Origin: Macrostomum lignano
Lineage: Eukaryota
Reading direction: 5' to 3'
DNA length: 64,000 nt
Assembly: GCA_002269645.1 (NCBI GenBank)
Contig: NIVC01000217.1
Span: 62,001-126,000 of the forward strand
Under the pieces are notes generated by a model. The model made no database searches. It had not been told where the DNA came from and saw only the letters and a program-made list of their open reading frames with translations. Below, in pieces: positions 44,582-57,100 of this stretch. Made by a program: the position numbers and the translations under genes. The first letter of the stretch is position 1. Every line of letters starts with the position of its first letter.

Positions 44582-46876
44582 ATGGCATCCAATGGTACAA
44601 ATGACAGCTCCAGTGCCAGCCCTGCTGGTCATCTGTCCATGGACGAGCGATTGGAAATCTTTCTCGAAGCAAATCTTGTTGCTTCTCTAATCGATAATGT
44701 TGCAGACAGCTGCACCAGTGCGGACTGCAATACTAATGCTGTTGATAATTTGCTGTTAGACCCTCTGGCTAGCAGAGATTGCACCAACAATCGGGTTGTC
44801 AGGAATCGGGTGAGCTTTGCCAACAAGCAGCCGCAACAACAGAAGCATCGCAGGAGAGGCACCTACGAACTCAACGACAGTCAGGTGAAATCGCCACCTC
44901 CTAGTTGGCTTCTAGATAAACCGGAACAAGACCTGAATCGAACATTCTGTTTAGTTGAATCCAACGATCAGGATAAGAAATCTCCGATTGTCAGTTCTGA
45001 GGACAAAGACCTGCTGTCGCCGCTGAACTCCTTGCCGATTCCAGCAACTCGCCAGTCGGCTTCCAGTCGGTCGTCCTACGCCACGGCGAGATCTTCGCTG
45101 TCTCCTCCGCCTATGTCGCGTCTAGTTGAAGTTGAAATCGATGATGAGTCCAGGTGCGAGAATGAGGATGATGCGGTCAGCTCCGATGTGGGCACAATGT
45201 CTCCGCCTTTGCCGCCGCCGCCGCAGGAGCTTCTGGATAATGAAGAGATTGCAATATCCGAATTTGACGATGCGGACAGAACCCTGGTGCCGCAGCAGCG
45301 GTCGCAATCGATCATTGCTTCTCCTGCTTTGCCATTGCCGTCGCGTTTATCGAATCTTGATGCCACATTTTTGCGATCGCCAGCGCAACAGCATTCAGTC
45401 TTGAAAATGGCAGTTGAAGACTCAGATTGTCCACTTGAACAGTCCTTAGCTCAGTCTGAAGTCTTGGCAACAGAACCTGATGGACCTGAACTTGGCCATA
45501 CAGTTTCTGGGAATTTTCCTGAAGTTTTGAGAACTAAGCCTGAAGTCTCATCAGATGAGCCTGAAGACTCAACAGCCAAGTCTGAAGTCTCATCAGGTGA
45601 GACTGAAGTCTCAACAGCCAAGCCTGAAGAATCAACAACCAAGCCTGAAGAATCAACAACCAAGCCTGAAGAATCAACAACCAAGCCTGAACTCTCAGCA
45701 GATAAGCCTGAAGTCTTAACCGCTGAGCTTGATGACTCAACAGCCAAGCCTGAAGTCTCATCAACTAAGCCTGAAAATTCAACAGCCAAGCTTGAAGTCT
45801 CATCAGCTAAGCCTGAAATCTCACCAGCTAAGCCTGAAGTGTCATCAGCTAAGCCTGAAGATTCAACAGCCAAGCTTGAAGTCTCATCAGCTAAGCCCGA
45901 AATCTCATCAGCTAAGCCTGAAGTCTCATCAGCTAAGCCTGAAGATTCAACAGCCAAGCTTGAAGTCTCATCAGCTAAGCCTGAAATCTCATCAGCTAAG
46001 CCTGAAGTCTCATCAGCTAAGCCTGAAGACTCACCAGCTAAGCCTGAGGATTCAACAGTTAGGCCTGAAGAGTCAATAGCAAAGCCTGAAGTGTCGCAAG
46101 AAGAATATGAAGTATTGACGACTAACTCTCAGCCGGATTGTTTTGAAACAGAGCTTGAAGACCAACAAATCGAGACTGGTTCCTTGAAAGCAGAGCCCGA
46201 AGCCACAGTTGCCCAACGCGAGGTACTTAAAGTCGTGTCCGAAAACCCACCGGTTGAGATCGAACAGCCCGAAGAGTCTAAAAAAGCCCATAATGAGGGC
46301 TTAAGATCAGAGCCTGAAAAATCATCCGTTAAGCAAGCATATTCGGAAACCAAGTTTGTAGACTCAGCGTCTCGGCTTCATCAACCAGCTACTCAACTTC
46401 ATCAACCAGCTTCTCAGCTTTATAAACCGGCTTCCCAGCTGCATCAGCCGGCTTCGCAACTTCATCAACGAGTTTCTCAGCTTCATCAGCCAGCTTCTCA
46501 GCTTCATCAGCCAGCTTCTCAGCTTCATCAACGAGTTTCCCAGCTTCAGCAGCCAGCTTCTCAGCTTCATCAGCCAGCGTCTCAACGATCGATGCTTCCT
46601 CCTCGTAGTCAAACGCTTCCCCAGCCTCGCCAGTCGGTGCTTTCCCAGCCTCCTCGCCTGTCGATGCCTCCGCCTCATCAGTCGGCTCTTTCCCAGCCGC
46701 AGCCGCAGTCCCGGCTTCGAGGTTCAGTCGTCAATCTTCGTCCTCCAGTCGCTCCGGCAGCCGCAGCTGCGGAACCAAAGAGTCGCTTGAGTCGCCTGCC
46801 CTGCCCATCAGCCACAGGCGGCGCGGCGCGACCTTCTGGACTTCGTCGACCTTCCGTTATGCCTCAGAATCGCTGA
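44582..46876 (+). CDS. large disordered protein with 7-aa repeats (SSAKPEV, SQLHQPA)
   Basis: 767-aa open frame, Ser/Pro/Glu-rich, with two 21-bp coding repeat arrays (~45530-46090 and ~46365-46585). No folded domain recognised. Confidence 0.65.
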   Translation: MASNGTNDSSSASPAGHLSMDERLEIFLEANLVASLIDNVADSCTSADCNTNAVDNLLLDPLASRDCTNNRVVRNRVSFANKQPQQQKHRRRGTYELNDSQVKSPPPSWLLDKPEQDLNRTFCLVESNDQDKKSPIVSSEDKDLLSPLNSLPIPATRQSASSRSSYATARSSLSPPPMSRLVEVEIDDESRCENEDDAVSSDVGTMSPPLPPPPQELLDNEEIAISEFDDADRTLVPQQRSQSIIASPALPLPSRLSNLDATFLRSPAQQHSVLKMAVEDSDCPLEQSLAQSEVLATEPDGPELGHTVSGNFPEVLRTKPEVSSDEPEDSTAKSEVSSGETEVSTAKPEESTTKPEESTTKPEESTTKPELSADKPEVLTAELDDSTAKPEVSSTKPENSTAKLEVSSAKPEISPAKPEVSSAKPEDSTAKLEVSSAKPEISSAKPEVSSAKPEDSTAKLEVSSAKPEISSAKPEVSSAKPEDSPAKPEDSTVRPEESIAKPEVSQEEYEVLTTNSQPDCFETELEDQQIETGSLKAEPEATVAQREVLKVVSENPPVEIEQPEESKKAHNEGLRSEPEKSSVKQAYSETKFVDSASRLHQPATQLHQPASQLYKPASQLHQPASQLHQRVSQLHQPASQLHQPASQLHQRVSQLQQPASQLHQPASQRSMLPPRSQTLPQPRQSVLSQPPRLSMPPPHQSALSQPQPQSRLRGSVVNLRPPVAPAAAAAEPKSRLSRLPCPSATGGAARPSGLRRPSVMPQNR

Positions 46877-47629
46877 CTAAAGTTTCCACTCAATGGTATC
46901 CAAGCAGCTCTAATTAGATGACGAGGCATTGGTGTATATTAAAGTGGCAATAGTTGCTCCCGCTGTTTACCATTAAGCAAGTTTTTCTATAATATTAGGT
47001 ATCCTAAGCCTATAACAAAAGTCCATTTGGCATTTAAGTTTAATTATTTTCTTGGTAAAATATTTATCAACAATCTTAATTGCATTTTTGCCTGTATTTC
47101 GCAGTTTGCGCCTGTGTAAAGTGTTCAACCAAAATTGTTTATTTTTTAAAAATGAATTTTTATATTCCAATTGATGTGTCACCTGTGTGCAATTTCAACT
47201 TGCATTCTACTGCAACTTGATTTGCAATCTGCCATAAATTTAATTATTGTCTTCTTGGATTTCTTGGAAAAGTTTTTGAAGGCTCATTTTATAGAATCTT
47301 CCATAATCGTAATCAATGGCTATGATAATTATGAGTAACGTAAAATTTCTAAAAGTTTTCCAAGAAATAAAGTTCCCAACCTCTTACTTTTAAGTGATCC
47401 TTGATAATGAACCTGTTATGGTTATGTACAATCTCACTGTATTGTCTCTATGCCTTTATTACCTTAATTTAAACCCAGTTTTTATATTATTAGCCTGCAG
47501 CTGGCAAGTTAAAAGTCAATAAACAAGTTGCACTGGTTTGAAGTTTTGTTAAACATTTTGCTTGTAGTTTCTTTTAATTTTGATAGTGTCAGTTTTAATT
47601 ACAGATATTGTCATCTGAATAGTGGGATC

Positions 47630-48070
47630 TCTAATTATAAATTATTATATCACCTGGTTAATGGGATATCTAATTATAGATTATTATCACCTGGTTAATG
47701 GGACCTCTGATTATTATCACCTGGATAAAGGGATCTCTAATTATAGATTATTATCACCTGGATAAAGGGATCTCTAATTATAGATTATTATCACCTGGAT
47801 AAAGGGATCTCTAATTATAGATTATTATCACCTGGATAAAGGGATCTCTAATTATAGATTATTATCACCTGGATAAAGGGATCTCTAATTATAGATTATT
47901 ATCACCTGGATTATGGGATATCTAATTATAGATTATTATCACTCGGATAATGGGATCTCTAATTATAGATTATTATCACCTGGATAAAGGGATCTCTAAT
48001 TATAGATTATTATCACCTGGATAAAGGGATCTCTAATTATAGATTATTATCACCTGGATAAAAGGATCTA
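47630..48070. repeat. 37-bp minisatellite
   Basis: atcacctggataaagggatctctaattatagattatt x~11. Confidence 0.95.
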
Positions 48071-48195
48071 TAGAACCTCTAGAACCTGTTCAGTAGCAGA
48101 CCCAGTGTGTGTGTGTGTGTGTGTGTGGGCAGGGCACTCGCACCTGTTTCTATCTATATCTGTATCTGTTTTATTGAATCATTTTCATCAGCAGC

Positions 48196-51100
48196 ATGGC
48201 CAGCAGTTCAAGTCTGCTGGATGACTCCAGGGCTCAAAGCGGCTCTCACAGACGTTACGTAGCTCTGGCATCCCAGACTCAGTCAGATGCTGCTGCAAAT
48301 GCCTCATCTTCTTCATCAACATTAGCTTCGGATGAAGATGAGGCACCGCTAGTTACTGAGCGGCATCAGCGTAGATGCAGCGGCGGCTCTGCATACGTCT
48401 CAGCCGGGTTGCTCTGCCTTGTGAATTTGTTAAATTATGCCGATCGAAGCACAGTGGCAGCTGTCTTGCACAGAATTAAAAGCAGTTTTAAAGTTGATTT
48501 CAAAGATTCTGGACTGCTGCAGACTTGCTTCATCCTGTCGTATATGATGCTGTGTCCGGTGAGTGTGTTGTGTGTGTGGAAGCTAAAATTGTTGTACGAG
48601 TATTAGTAAATTTTATAAATCACAATGATGAACGAAAGTAGGTTTGTTAAACCTCTAAACTGATTCCAAGAAACCACTAAACTGGAATTTTAATAAATCT
48701 TTTAACAAATTCAAAGAAAGCGTTTCGCGGAATCTCTTCACAGATTTTAAGAAATCCAAACGAATTCTAAAAATTAACCTATTAACTGATTCTAAGAAAC
48801 CTCCGGGAGGATTTGAAGAAACATTTCAACAAGTTCTAAGAAACCTCTGGGAGGATTCCAAGAAACATTTCAACAAGTTCTAAGAAACCTCTGGGAGGAT
48901 TCCAAGAAGCATTTCAACAAGTTCTAAGAAGCCTCCTGGAGGATTCCAAGAAACATTTCAACAAGTTCTAAGAAGCCTCCTGGAGGATTCCAAGAAACAT
49001 TTCAACAAGTTCTAAGAAACCTCCTAGAGGATTCCAAGAAACATTTCAACAAGTTCTAAGAAACCTCTGGGAGGATTCCAAGAAACATTTCAACAAGTTC
49101 TAAGAAGCCTCCTGGAGGATTCCAAGAAACATTTCAACAAGTTCTAAGAAAGCTAGAGGATTCCAAGAAACATTTCAACAAGTTCTAAGAAACCTCCTAG
49201 AGGATTCCAAGAAACATTTCAACAAGTTCTAAGAAACCTCCTAGAGGATTCCAAAAAACATTTCAACAAGTTCTAAGAAACCTCCTGGAGGATTCCAAAA
49301 AACATTTCAGCAAGTTCTAAGAAACCTCCTAGAGGATTCCAAGAAACATTTCAACAAGTTCTAAGAAACCTCCTAGAGGATTTCAAGAAACATTTCAACA
49401 AGTTCTAAGAAACCTCCTAGAGGATTCCAAGAAACATTTCAACAAGTTCTAAGAAACCTCCTAGAGGATTCCAAGAAACATTTCAACAAGTTCTAAGAAA
49501 CCTCCTAGAGGATTCCAAGAAACATTTCAACAAGTTCTAAGAAACCTCCAGACGGTTTTAGGAAAATCTCTAAACAGATTCCAAGCAATAGCAAACTGGT
49601 TTTAAAAAACTATCAAAGCGAATTCTTAAAAATCTTAATTGATTCTAAAAAAAATACTCACAATGAAAATCTTTGAATGCATTCCTAAACGGGATTAAAT
49701 AGGCATTAAACAGAAAAACTGTCAATCAGTAAAATGCCCTTTAAACTGCAGATATTTGGTTATCTAGGCGACCGCGGTCAACCAGGTCGTTTGCTATTCA
49801 GCCGAAAAGGCATCATGCTGCTGGGAGTCTGTCTCTGGTCTGGCATCACTTTAGCTTCATCATTTGTGCCAAACAGCATGTTCGGCCTGCTGCTGGTCTC
49901 CCGCAGTCTGGTGGGTGTCGGCGAGGCTTCCTATGCCACCGTGTCTGCGCCCATCATTGCCGACCTGTTTGCTCACGATGCCAGGACTTGGGCGTTGATC
50001 CTGTTTAATCTGCAGGTTTGTGCGATCGCTTGTGAAGCTGGTTAGTGATGCAGATTGTCTGGCTACTACACCCCTGATCCTTCAGTGACCCCCTTTCTCT
50101 GATCCCTCAGTGAGACCCTCCACTGATCCTTCAGTGACCCCCTCCACTGATCCTTCAGTGACCCCTGTCCCTGATCCCTCAGTGACCCCTTTCCCTGATC
50201 CTTAGTGACCCCTTTCCCTGATCCCTCACTGACCTCTTTCCCTGATCCCTCAGTGACCCCTTTCCCTGATCCCTTAGTGACCCCTTTCTCTGATCCCTCA
50301 GTGACCCCTTTCTCTGATCCCTCAATGACCCTTTTCCCTGATTCTTCAGTGACCCCCTTTCTCTGATCCCTCAGTGATCCCTTCCCTGATCCCTCAGTGA
50401 TCCCTTTCCCTGATCCCTCAGTGATCCCTTTCCCTGATCCCTCAGTGACCCCTTTCCCTGATCCCTCAGTGACCCCTTTCCCTGATCCCTCAGTGACCCC
50501 TTTCCCTGATCCCTCAGTGACCCCTTTCTCTGATCCCTCAATGACCCAATTCTCTGATCCCTCAGTGACCCCTTTCCCTGATCCCTCAGTGACCCCTTTC
50601 CCTGATCCCTCAGTGACCCCTTTCCCTGATCCCTCAGTGACCCCTTTCCCTGATCTCTCATCGACCCCTTCCCTAATCCTTAAGTGACGCTCGCTAAATC
50701 TTGTATCGCAGCAAATAAAATATTGCCTTTGATTAAATCTGAATATTTAAAAATGAAGTTCATTATGGCGTGCCGAATGCTGCCAACCTGTAATTATAAA
50801 ACACGCGTGTTCAGATTAGCGTCACCAGCTAAACAGGAAGCTCTGTAGCTTTGATGTGAAATTTGCATAGAATATTGTGCCAGTTTAAACTGCAGAAAGT
50901 GCAGAAAGTAGTGCTGGTCATACAGAGATGTGTGCCTTTGCGTATGACTGCGTACGTATCCGCGCGCTTGTGTGTGCCTGCTCAGGGGAGTCGGCAGAAT
51001 GGGCAGTAATGCCTCTTGCCGGTTGTCTCTCATGTCTTTAATAAGATTGGTTGCTCAAAATGGGCCCCTTTAAAAAGCCCCAAAGCCAATTTCTAACATT

Positions 51101-54100
51101 GCAAATCACCCTGCATAATCGGCCTTCAAAAAAGCCCCCAAACAAAACCCCAGGTGCCCTTCGGCACAGGCGTCGGATTCGTGATTGGCCAGCTGGTATC
51201 AGACGCCACTGATAGTTGGAACTCGGCTCTGCGAGTCACTCCACCTCTGGGCCTGCTCTGCGTCAACTTGCTGGCCGTCTGCTTTCGGGAGCCGCGGCGA
51301 GGCCAGTCCGAAGGACCCGCGGCCACGGCGGCGGCCGCTGCGGCGGCTATCAATCCATCCAGATGGTTGGACGATCTGCGAGCCCTGTCAAAGATTAGCA
51401 CTTTTGTGCTTACAACGCTGGGATTGAGTTCGGTGTCCTTTGTGACTGGAGCGCTGGCTCTGTGGACACCTGAGATGCTTAGACTGTCTGTTCTCAGTAG
51501 AGGTGAGAAACTTCATTGAAAATGATTGTCCTTAACATTCCTAATTGCCTCCCCCACCCCAGACAGCAGCCAATAAGAACTAGACACCAACACCCCACCC
51601 CCCACCCCAGACGGCAGCCAATAAGAATCAGACACCAACACCCCTCCCCCACACCAGACAGCAGCCAATAAGAATCAGACACCAACACCCCTCCCCCACC
51701 CCAGACAGCAGCCAATAAGAATCAGACACCAACACCCCTCCCCCACCCCAGACGGCAGCCAATAAGAATCAGACACCAACACCCCTCCCCCACCCCAGAC
51801 AGCAGCCAATAAGAATCAGACACCAACACCCCTCCCCCACCCCAGACGGCAGGCAATAAGAATCAGACACCAACACCCCTCCCCCCACCCCAGACAGCAG
51901 CCAATAAGAATCAGACACCAACACCCCTCCCCCCACCCCAGACGGCAGCCAATAAGAATCAGACACCAACACCCCTCCCCCCACCCCAGACAGCAGCCAA
52001 TAAGAATCAGACACCAACACCCCTCCCCCCACCCCAGACAGCAGCCAATAAGAATCAGACACCAACTCCTCCCCCACCCCAGACAGCAGCCAATAAGAAT
52101 CAGACACTACCCCCACCACAGACAGCACCCAATAAGAATCAGACACTACCCCGCCTGGCTGTCGTAATCCGGTTTTCATCCGGAGCGACGTCCGGAATTT
52201 CATCCGGTACGTAATAAAAATCATTTAAAAACCGGATGAGAGCCGGATGAAAAGTTTACAAACCGGATGAAAACATACATATTTGACCTTTCATCCGGGT
52301 GTTCACCCAACATTAGTCCGGAAATTCATCCGGGAAGCTATCTGGAAAGCCGCGGAGAACAGGGCGGAGCAAATTCCGGAGCGAATCCGGACGAAATGTA
52401 TGCACGCCTCCACCGGATGAGAAACCGGACGAAATTCCGGATGAATGCTGGATCAAATGTATGCACTCCTCCACCGGATGAGAAACCGGACGAAATTCCG
52501 GATGAATGCTGGATCAAATGTATGCACGCCTCCACCGGATGAGAAACCGGACGAAATTCCGGATGAATGCTGGATCAAATGTATGCACGCCTCCACCGGA
52601 TGAGAAACCGGACGAAATTCCGGATGAATGCCGGATCAAATGTATGCACATGTCTACCGGATGAAAAACCGGACGAAGTTCCGGATGAATGCCGGATCAA
52701 ATGTATGCACATGTCTACCGGATGAAAAACCGGACGAAGTTCCGGATGAATGCCGGATCAAATGTATGCACATGTCTACCGGATGAGAAACCGGACGAAA
52801 TTCCGGATGAATGCCAGATCAAATGTATGCACATGTCTACCGGATGGTAAAGCAGATGACATGTTAAAGAACCAAGTAAGGTTGACAACAAGACGAAATC
52901 TTTTGAAAACGTAAGAAAACAAATTGCTGGAAACACCTCAAAGAAAGCAAGGTATATTGCACTTGCACAGAGGGTGGCCAACCTCTAATTCACTGTGCTG
53001 GATAGAGTAGTGGAAGCTGAATATATTGAAACCGAAGATAATTGTTAAAGTTGCGTGTCGCTAAAAATGCAAATACACAAGACATGCTTGAGTCAAAAAT
53101 AGAATGGCAAAACCTCACATTGGGTGGACAAATCAGGAGAAATAGAGAATGAGACGACACACTGTCTTTTGGGCGGCTACAAATTAGTACCAGGCAGAAA
53201 AACTAGAAATTTCACAGAAGAAAAACTTCCAGCTACACGAAGAAACAGGCGCAGAAAAAAACTCACTTATAAAATTGGGGACAACAGAAAAAATAGCGAC
53301 ATATACATTTTTCCATACTGGGAGTGAAACAGAAAGTGTCAACAGAAAACCAGAAACGCAGACCCGAGGGCGATATTACCTATCTGCAGAACAGTGATTA
53401 CTGTACACGTTAGTAACGTTAAGTAACGTTACTGTTCTAAAACACCCACCATGATGTACAGATTGCAGGCGATGGGTACATCGTGCACTTTACATACTGC
53501 AGAATTTTTGAGGATTTTTGTCCTCATGATATGCTACTGTCTAATCGAGCACATGCTCTTAAGACCCCTAGGCGCTACATATTTGATTCGTGACCAATAG
53601 TAAGTTGCAGTCGCAGAAGCAGTAGTGTCATGAGCATATTCGCGCCACGCCGCGGCCACTGGCAATGGCACACGGCTCCCTCTTATATCCTATAGTCTGC
53701 GACAAAACGACTGGCCCACGACTATATAGCCTACTATCCCATCAGGGAAAGTAGCATATCTTCCGCATCGCCGGCCGGACGCTGACTTGTGGGCCCAAAC
53801 TCTGCGAAGACAGTTCTGGCCAGGTCAAAGATCGCGCTAGCGGGGGCATTGTCCGAGTCAGCGGCGACTTCTTCCGCCTCACTCGTCGGTCCGATTATGC
53901 GCACAATCGTACCCACGTCTTCGTGTCTGCCTGTCCCCCGTTTAGCCGAGCTGCCTGGCCCTGATTGGGCAGAGCCGCCTCGCCGTGGCTTGGCAGTCTT
54001 TGTACCAGGCCGACCGTTTAGTGTGCCACGGGTGCGCTTTGGCATCCCCAGTCTTTCCCGTGCAGTTTCACCGCAGCGCGTAAACGCGCGCTGCAGCTCT

Positions 54101-57100
54101 GCAGATGTGTACTGCACGGCAGCATTGGCAAGCCACTGGTTGGCGGCGGCCAGCTTTCCGGGATTTGCCGGCACTGAGATGTAGCCGCAAGCCTTGCGAC
54201 CTGACAGGCTACTGTTCGCCAGCTGGGTGTCAGTAAAAATGGCCCTGAAAAGGGCCCTGATCGTCGCCAGTCGGGCCGATCGGCGCGCTAAAAGAAGCTC
54301 AGTCTCGTCGCGCTCATCGAGATCGACGCCTTCCATCATCGCCTTTTGCAGGTCGGCTAGGCGGCTGTCCAGTCTGGGACGCCGACAGCTCGCAATTAGC
54401 ATCAAAGGCGCCACCTCCGGGGTCCGCCAGCGCGTCATCGCCAGCGTCAGAAGCCGTGCTGTCCGACTCCACTGGACCTGGCTGGCAGCCAGAAGCTGGG
54501 ATCGCTGCTGCGTCTGCAGAGTGTGGCACCATGCACTGTGAGGCCCGAACGATTAGCGGTTGGTGGTTCCAAGCGGTTCCAGGTTGGTGAACTTCGAACG
54601 TTCCTGATCTAATTGTCGCAAGAGCTTTGCTTCCATCTTCTGTGCCACGACTGCCTTCTGCTGCAGAACTTTTATCTCTTCTCGCAATCGGGCTTCAGTG
54701 ACGCGGGCTGCCCGAACTTCGGAACCTGAAATATTGGTTTATTCAATACCCTAGACTACCAATGACTGGATGTACGTATATGTATACAAACAAAACATAT
54801 GTATGTATGTATGTATGCTAACATGTACACATGCACTACGGCAGAACCTCAGTATACTCACCTTGTGCATTAGTGAGTGTCTTGGCCCTTTGCAACTCGA
54901 GAAGGAGTCCTTTGCAGGACACGCAAGCTCGGGGCAGCTCCGTCGGCTGAGCGTGGACGTTAGTCAAGCTTGCGGCTCGAGAGGCTTCGGCTTTATTAGA
55001 AAATGGTCCCCGTACTAGCCTCCCTGGGTATCGCTTTGCGGTCTTTCGGTTGGTCTTCGCCGTGACAATGCAGACGCGACAGCCTACTTGTACGGGAATA
55101 GCCGATTCCCGCGCAACGGCAACAATAAGCGGTGCTGCCGTGGATCCATCAGTGCCGACAACTTGGGTCTTGTCAAGATAGTCGTCATATTGAAAAAGGA
55201 AGTACCGCTGCGTCCTCTCTGCTTTGTACGGCACCATATCAGGCGACGGATTGCAACCTGCAGCTGTTGCGCCAGCCTGCAGAGCAGTAGTCGCAGCATC
55301 CGGCGGTTGGGTGTCACCTGCAGTCGTCACCTCAGCCTGCAGTGCAGTAGCTGTAGCACCTGGCGGTTGGGTGTCACCTGCAGTCGTCACCTCAGCCTGC
55401 AGTGCAGTAGCTGTAGCATCTGGCGGTTGGGTGTCACCTGCAGAGTAGAGTAATAGTGCTCAGAAACTTACTAAGAGAAGGGAGTGGGATAATATACAAA
55501 GTGGATTCAGAGAGAGTTGTACCGTGACCCTCTAATCTTGGCGAACGCCCGATTAAGACTGCAAACTATTACATGTACCAGTACTAAGACCGCTCAGGCC
55601 AATACTTAAGACGCTACCAGAGCGCTACCAGAACGCTACCAGAAACGCTACCAGAAACGCTACCCAGAAAGTATTTGAATGAAATTCTAGGAAATAGGTA
55701 AAATTATCAGAGGCAAAAGATCTGTTACAACTTTGGTGGCAGCTTAAAGGATAGTTAAAAGGACAGGACCATAACGCCTGTTACAGCTCGTATCAGCGGT
55801 GGTATCCTCTTTCTCACCCGTACGGACGTAATTAAATAAAAATAGTTACTCAAAAATATGGACACAAAACAGTTGCAGTTCAGATTCGCGATTGCCCAGA
55901 CGGAGCAAGCAAGACAGTATACTTCTATACAAGTGCAGTTTAGCAGATGAACCAGCATACGAGCGTGATATAGTGAGGCCCGCACTAAAATCAGTGACGC
56001 GAAATGTACGCATATAGAGGATGTACGAAAAATTCAATTGCATGGGACGCAGCATGACTAAAAATATTTGTTAAGAAAAGCCAAACTGCGCATAAGGAAG
56101 CAAAGTAATCTTTGTGTTTGACACAACGCAGGCGCCGACGATGTCCTCCGGTGCAGCCTGCCTGACTTCACCAAGGTACTCTGCGACTCCAAAAGGATCG
56201 GCGAGGAGCCGCCTGACATGTGCGAATCGGCAACCGCGGTGAGCAGACTCCTTCGGCACGGCACACAGCATTTCCAGAGGATCGATTTCGACGTCCTGCA
56301 CACGCAGCTCACGCAGCGTCAGTACAACACCTGTGGCAGTCGCACTGATGGTCTCCACGCGCTGGAACCTAAAAGACGTTGTCTCGACTCTACGAGTGGC
56401 AACAAGGCAGGAGACTTTCGGATGCTCATCGCCTATAGGCTGTCGAAATACTTCATTAAACAACCCACTTGGAAGCGACGCCGTGTGCCATCCGTCCGCC
56501 GTACCCATGGGTCGTCGCAGCTTAACGCCGAAGTGAATAATGCACTGCATTCTGTGATTCACGTGCTGCTGCGGCTCCAAGTCATCGCTCTTCAGTCGGC
56601 TCTCAGCTTCTATGAGAGCAAATTCACGCTCAATGACATGTACAATTTCAACGTCCGTACGCCGCGAACCGTGAAGACGCTGTCGTAAGTGGACGTGCAT
56701 CGTCTCAAAAAGCCCTGCCGATTGCGTGTGCAGTGGGCCTGCGAGATACGCGTATGACACCATATGGGCACAAACATGGTGGGCGTTATACGTCAGTGCG
56801 CGAAGAGAATATAGACGAGCCAAATTGGCGTGGAAGTGCCTCAGCGAAACTTCGACGTGACACAGTTCACTCTTTGGCGCACCTTCAAGCGTCAACCAGA
56901 ACACTGCGGACGAAAGCACGAGCAAATGCCAATAGTGAGCCTCTGGCAGAAAATCTTCTAGTAGCATTGGGAAGTAAGCAATTATCCACAATGCCAGTTC
57001 ATGTCCCCGTAGGTGCCTGATGTCCTTCAGCAGTCGGATGGAATTCGCTGAACGGACCTGGGAACTCGAATGTAGCGCATGCGCTGTGATATGTCACCAA

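Noticed and set aside
50371-52542. ORFs with DPSVTPFP, VSDSYWLLSG and related repeats
   Set aside because: Translations of intronic minisatellites and transposon subterminal repeats.
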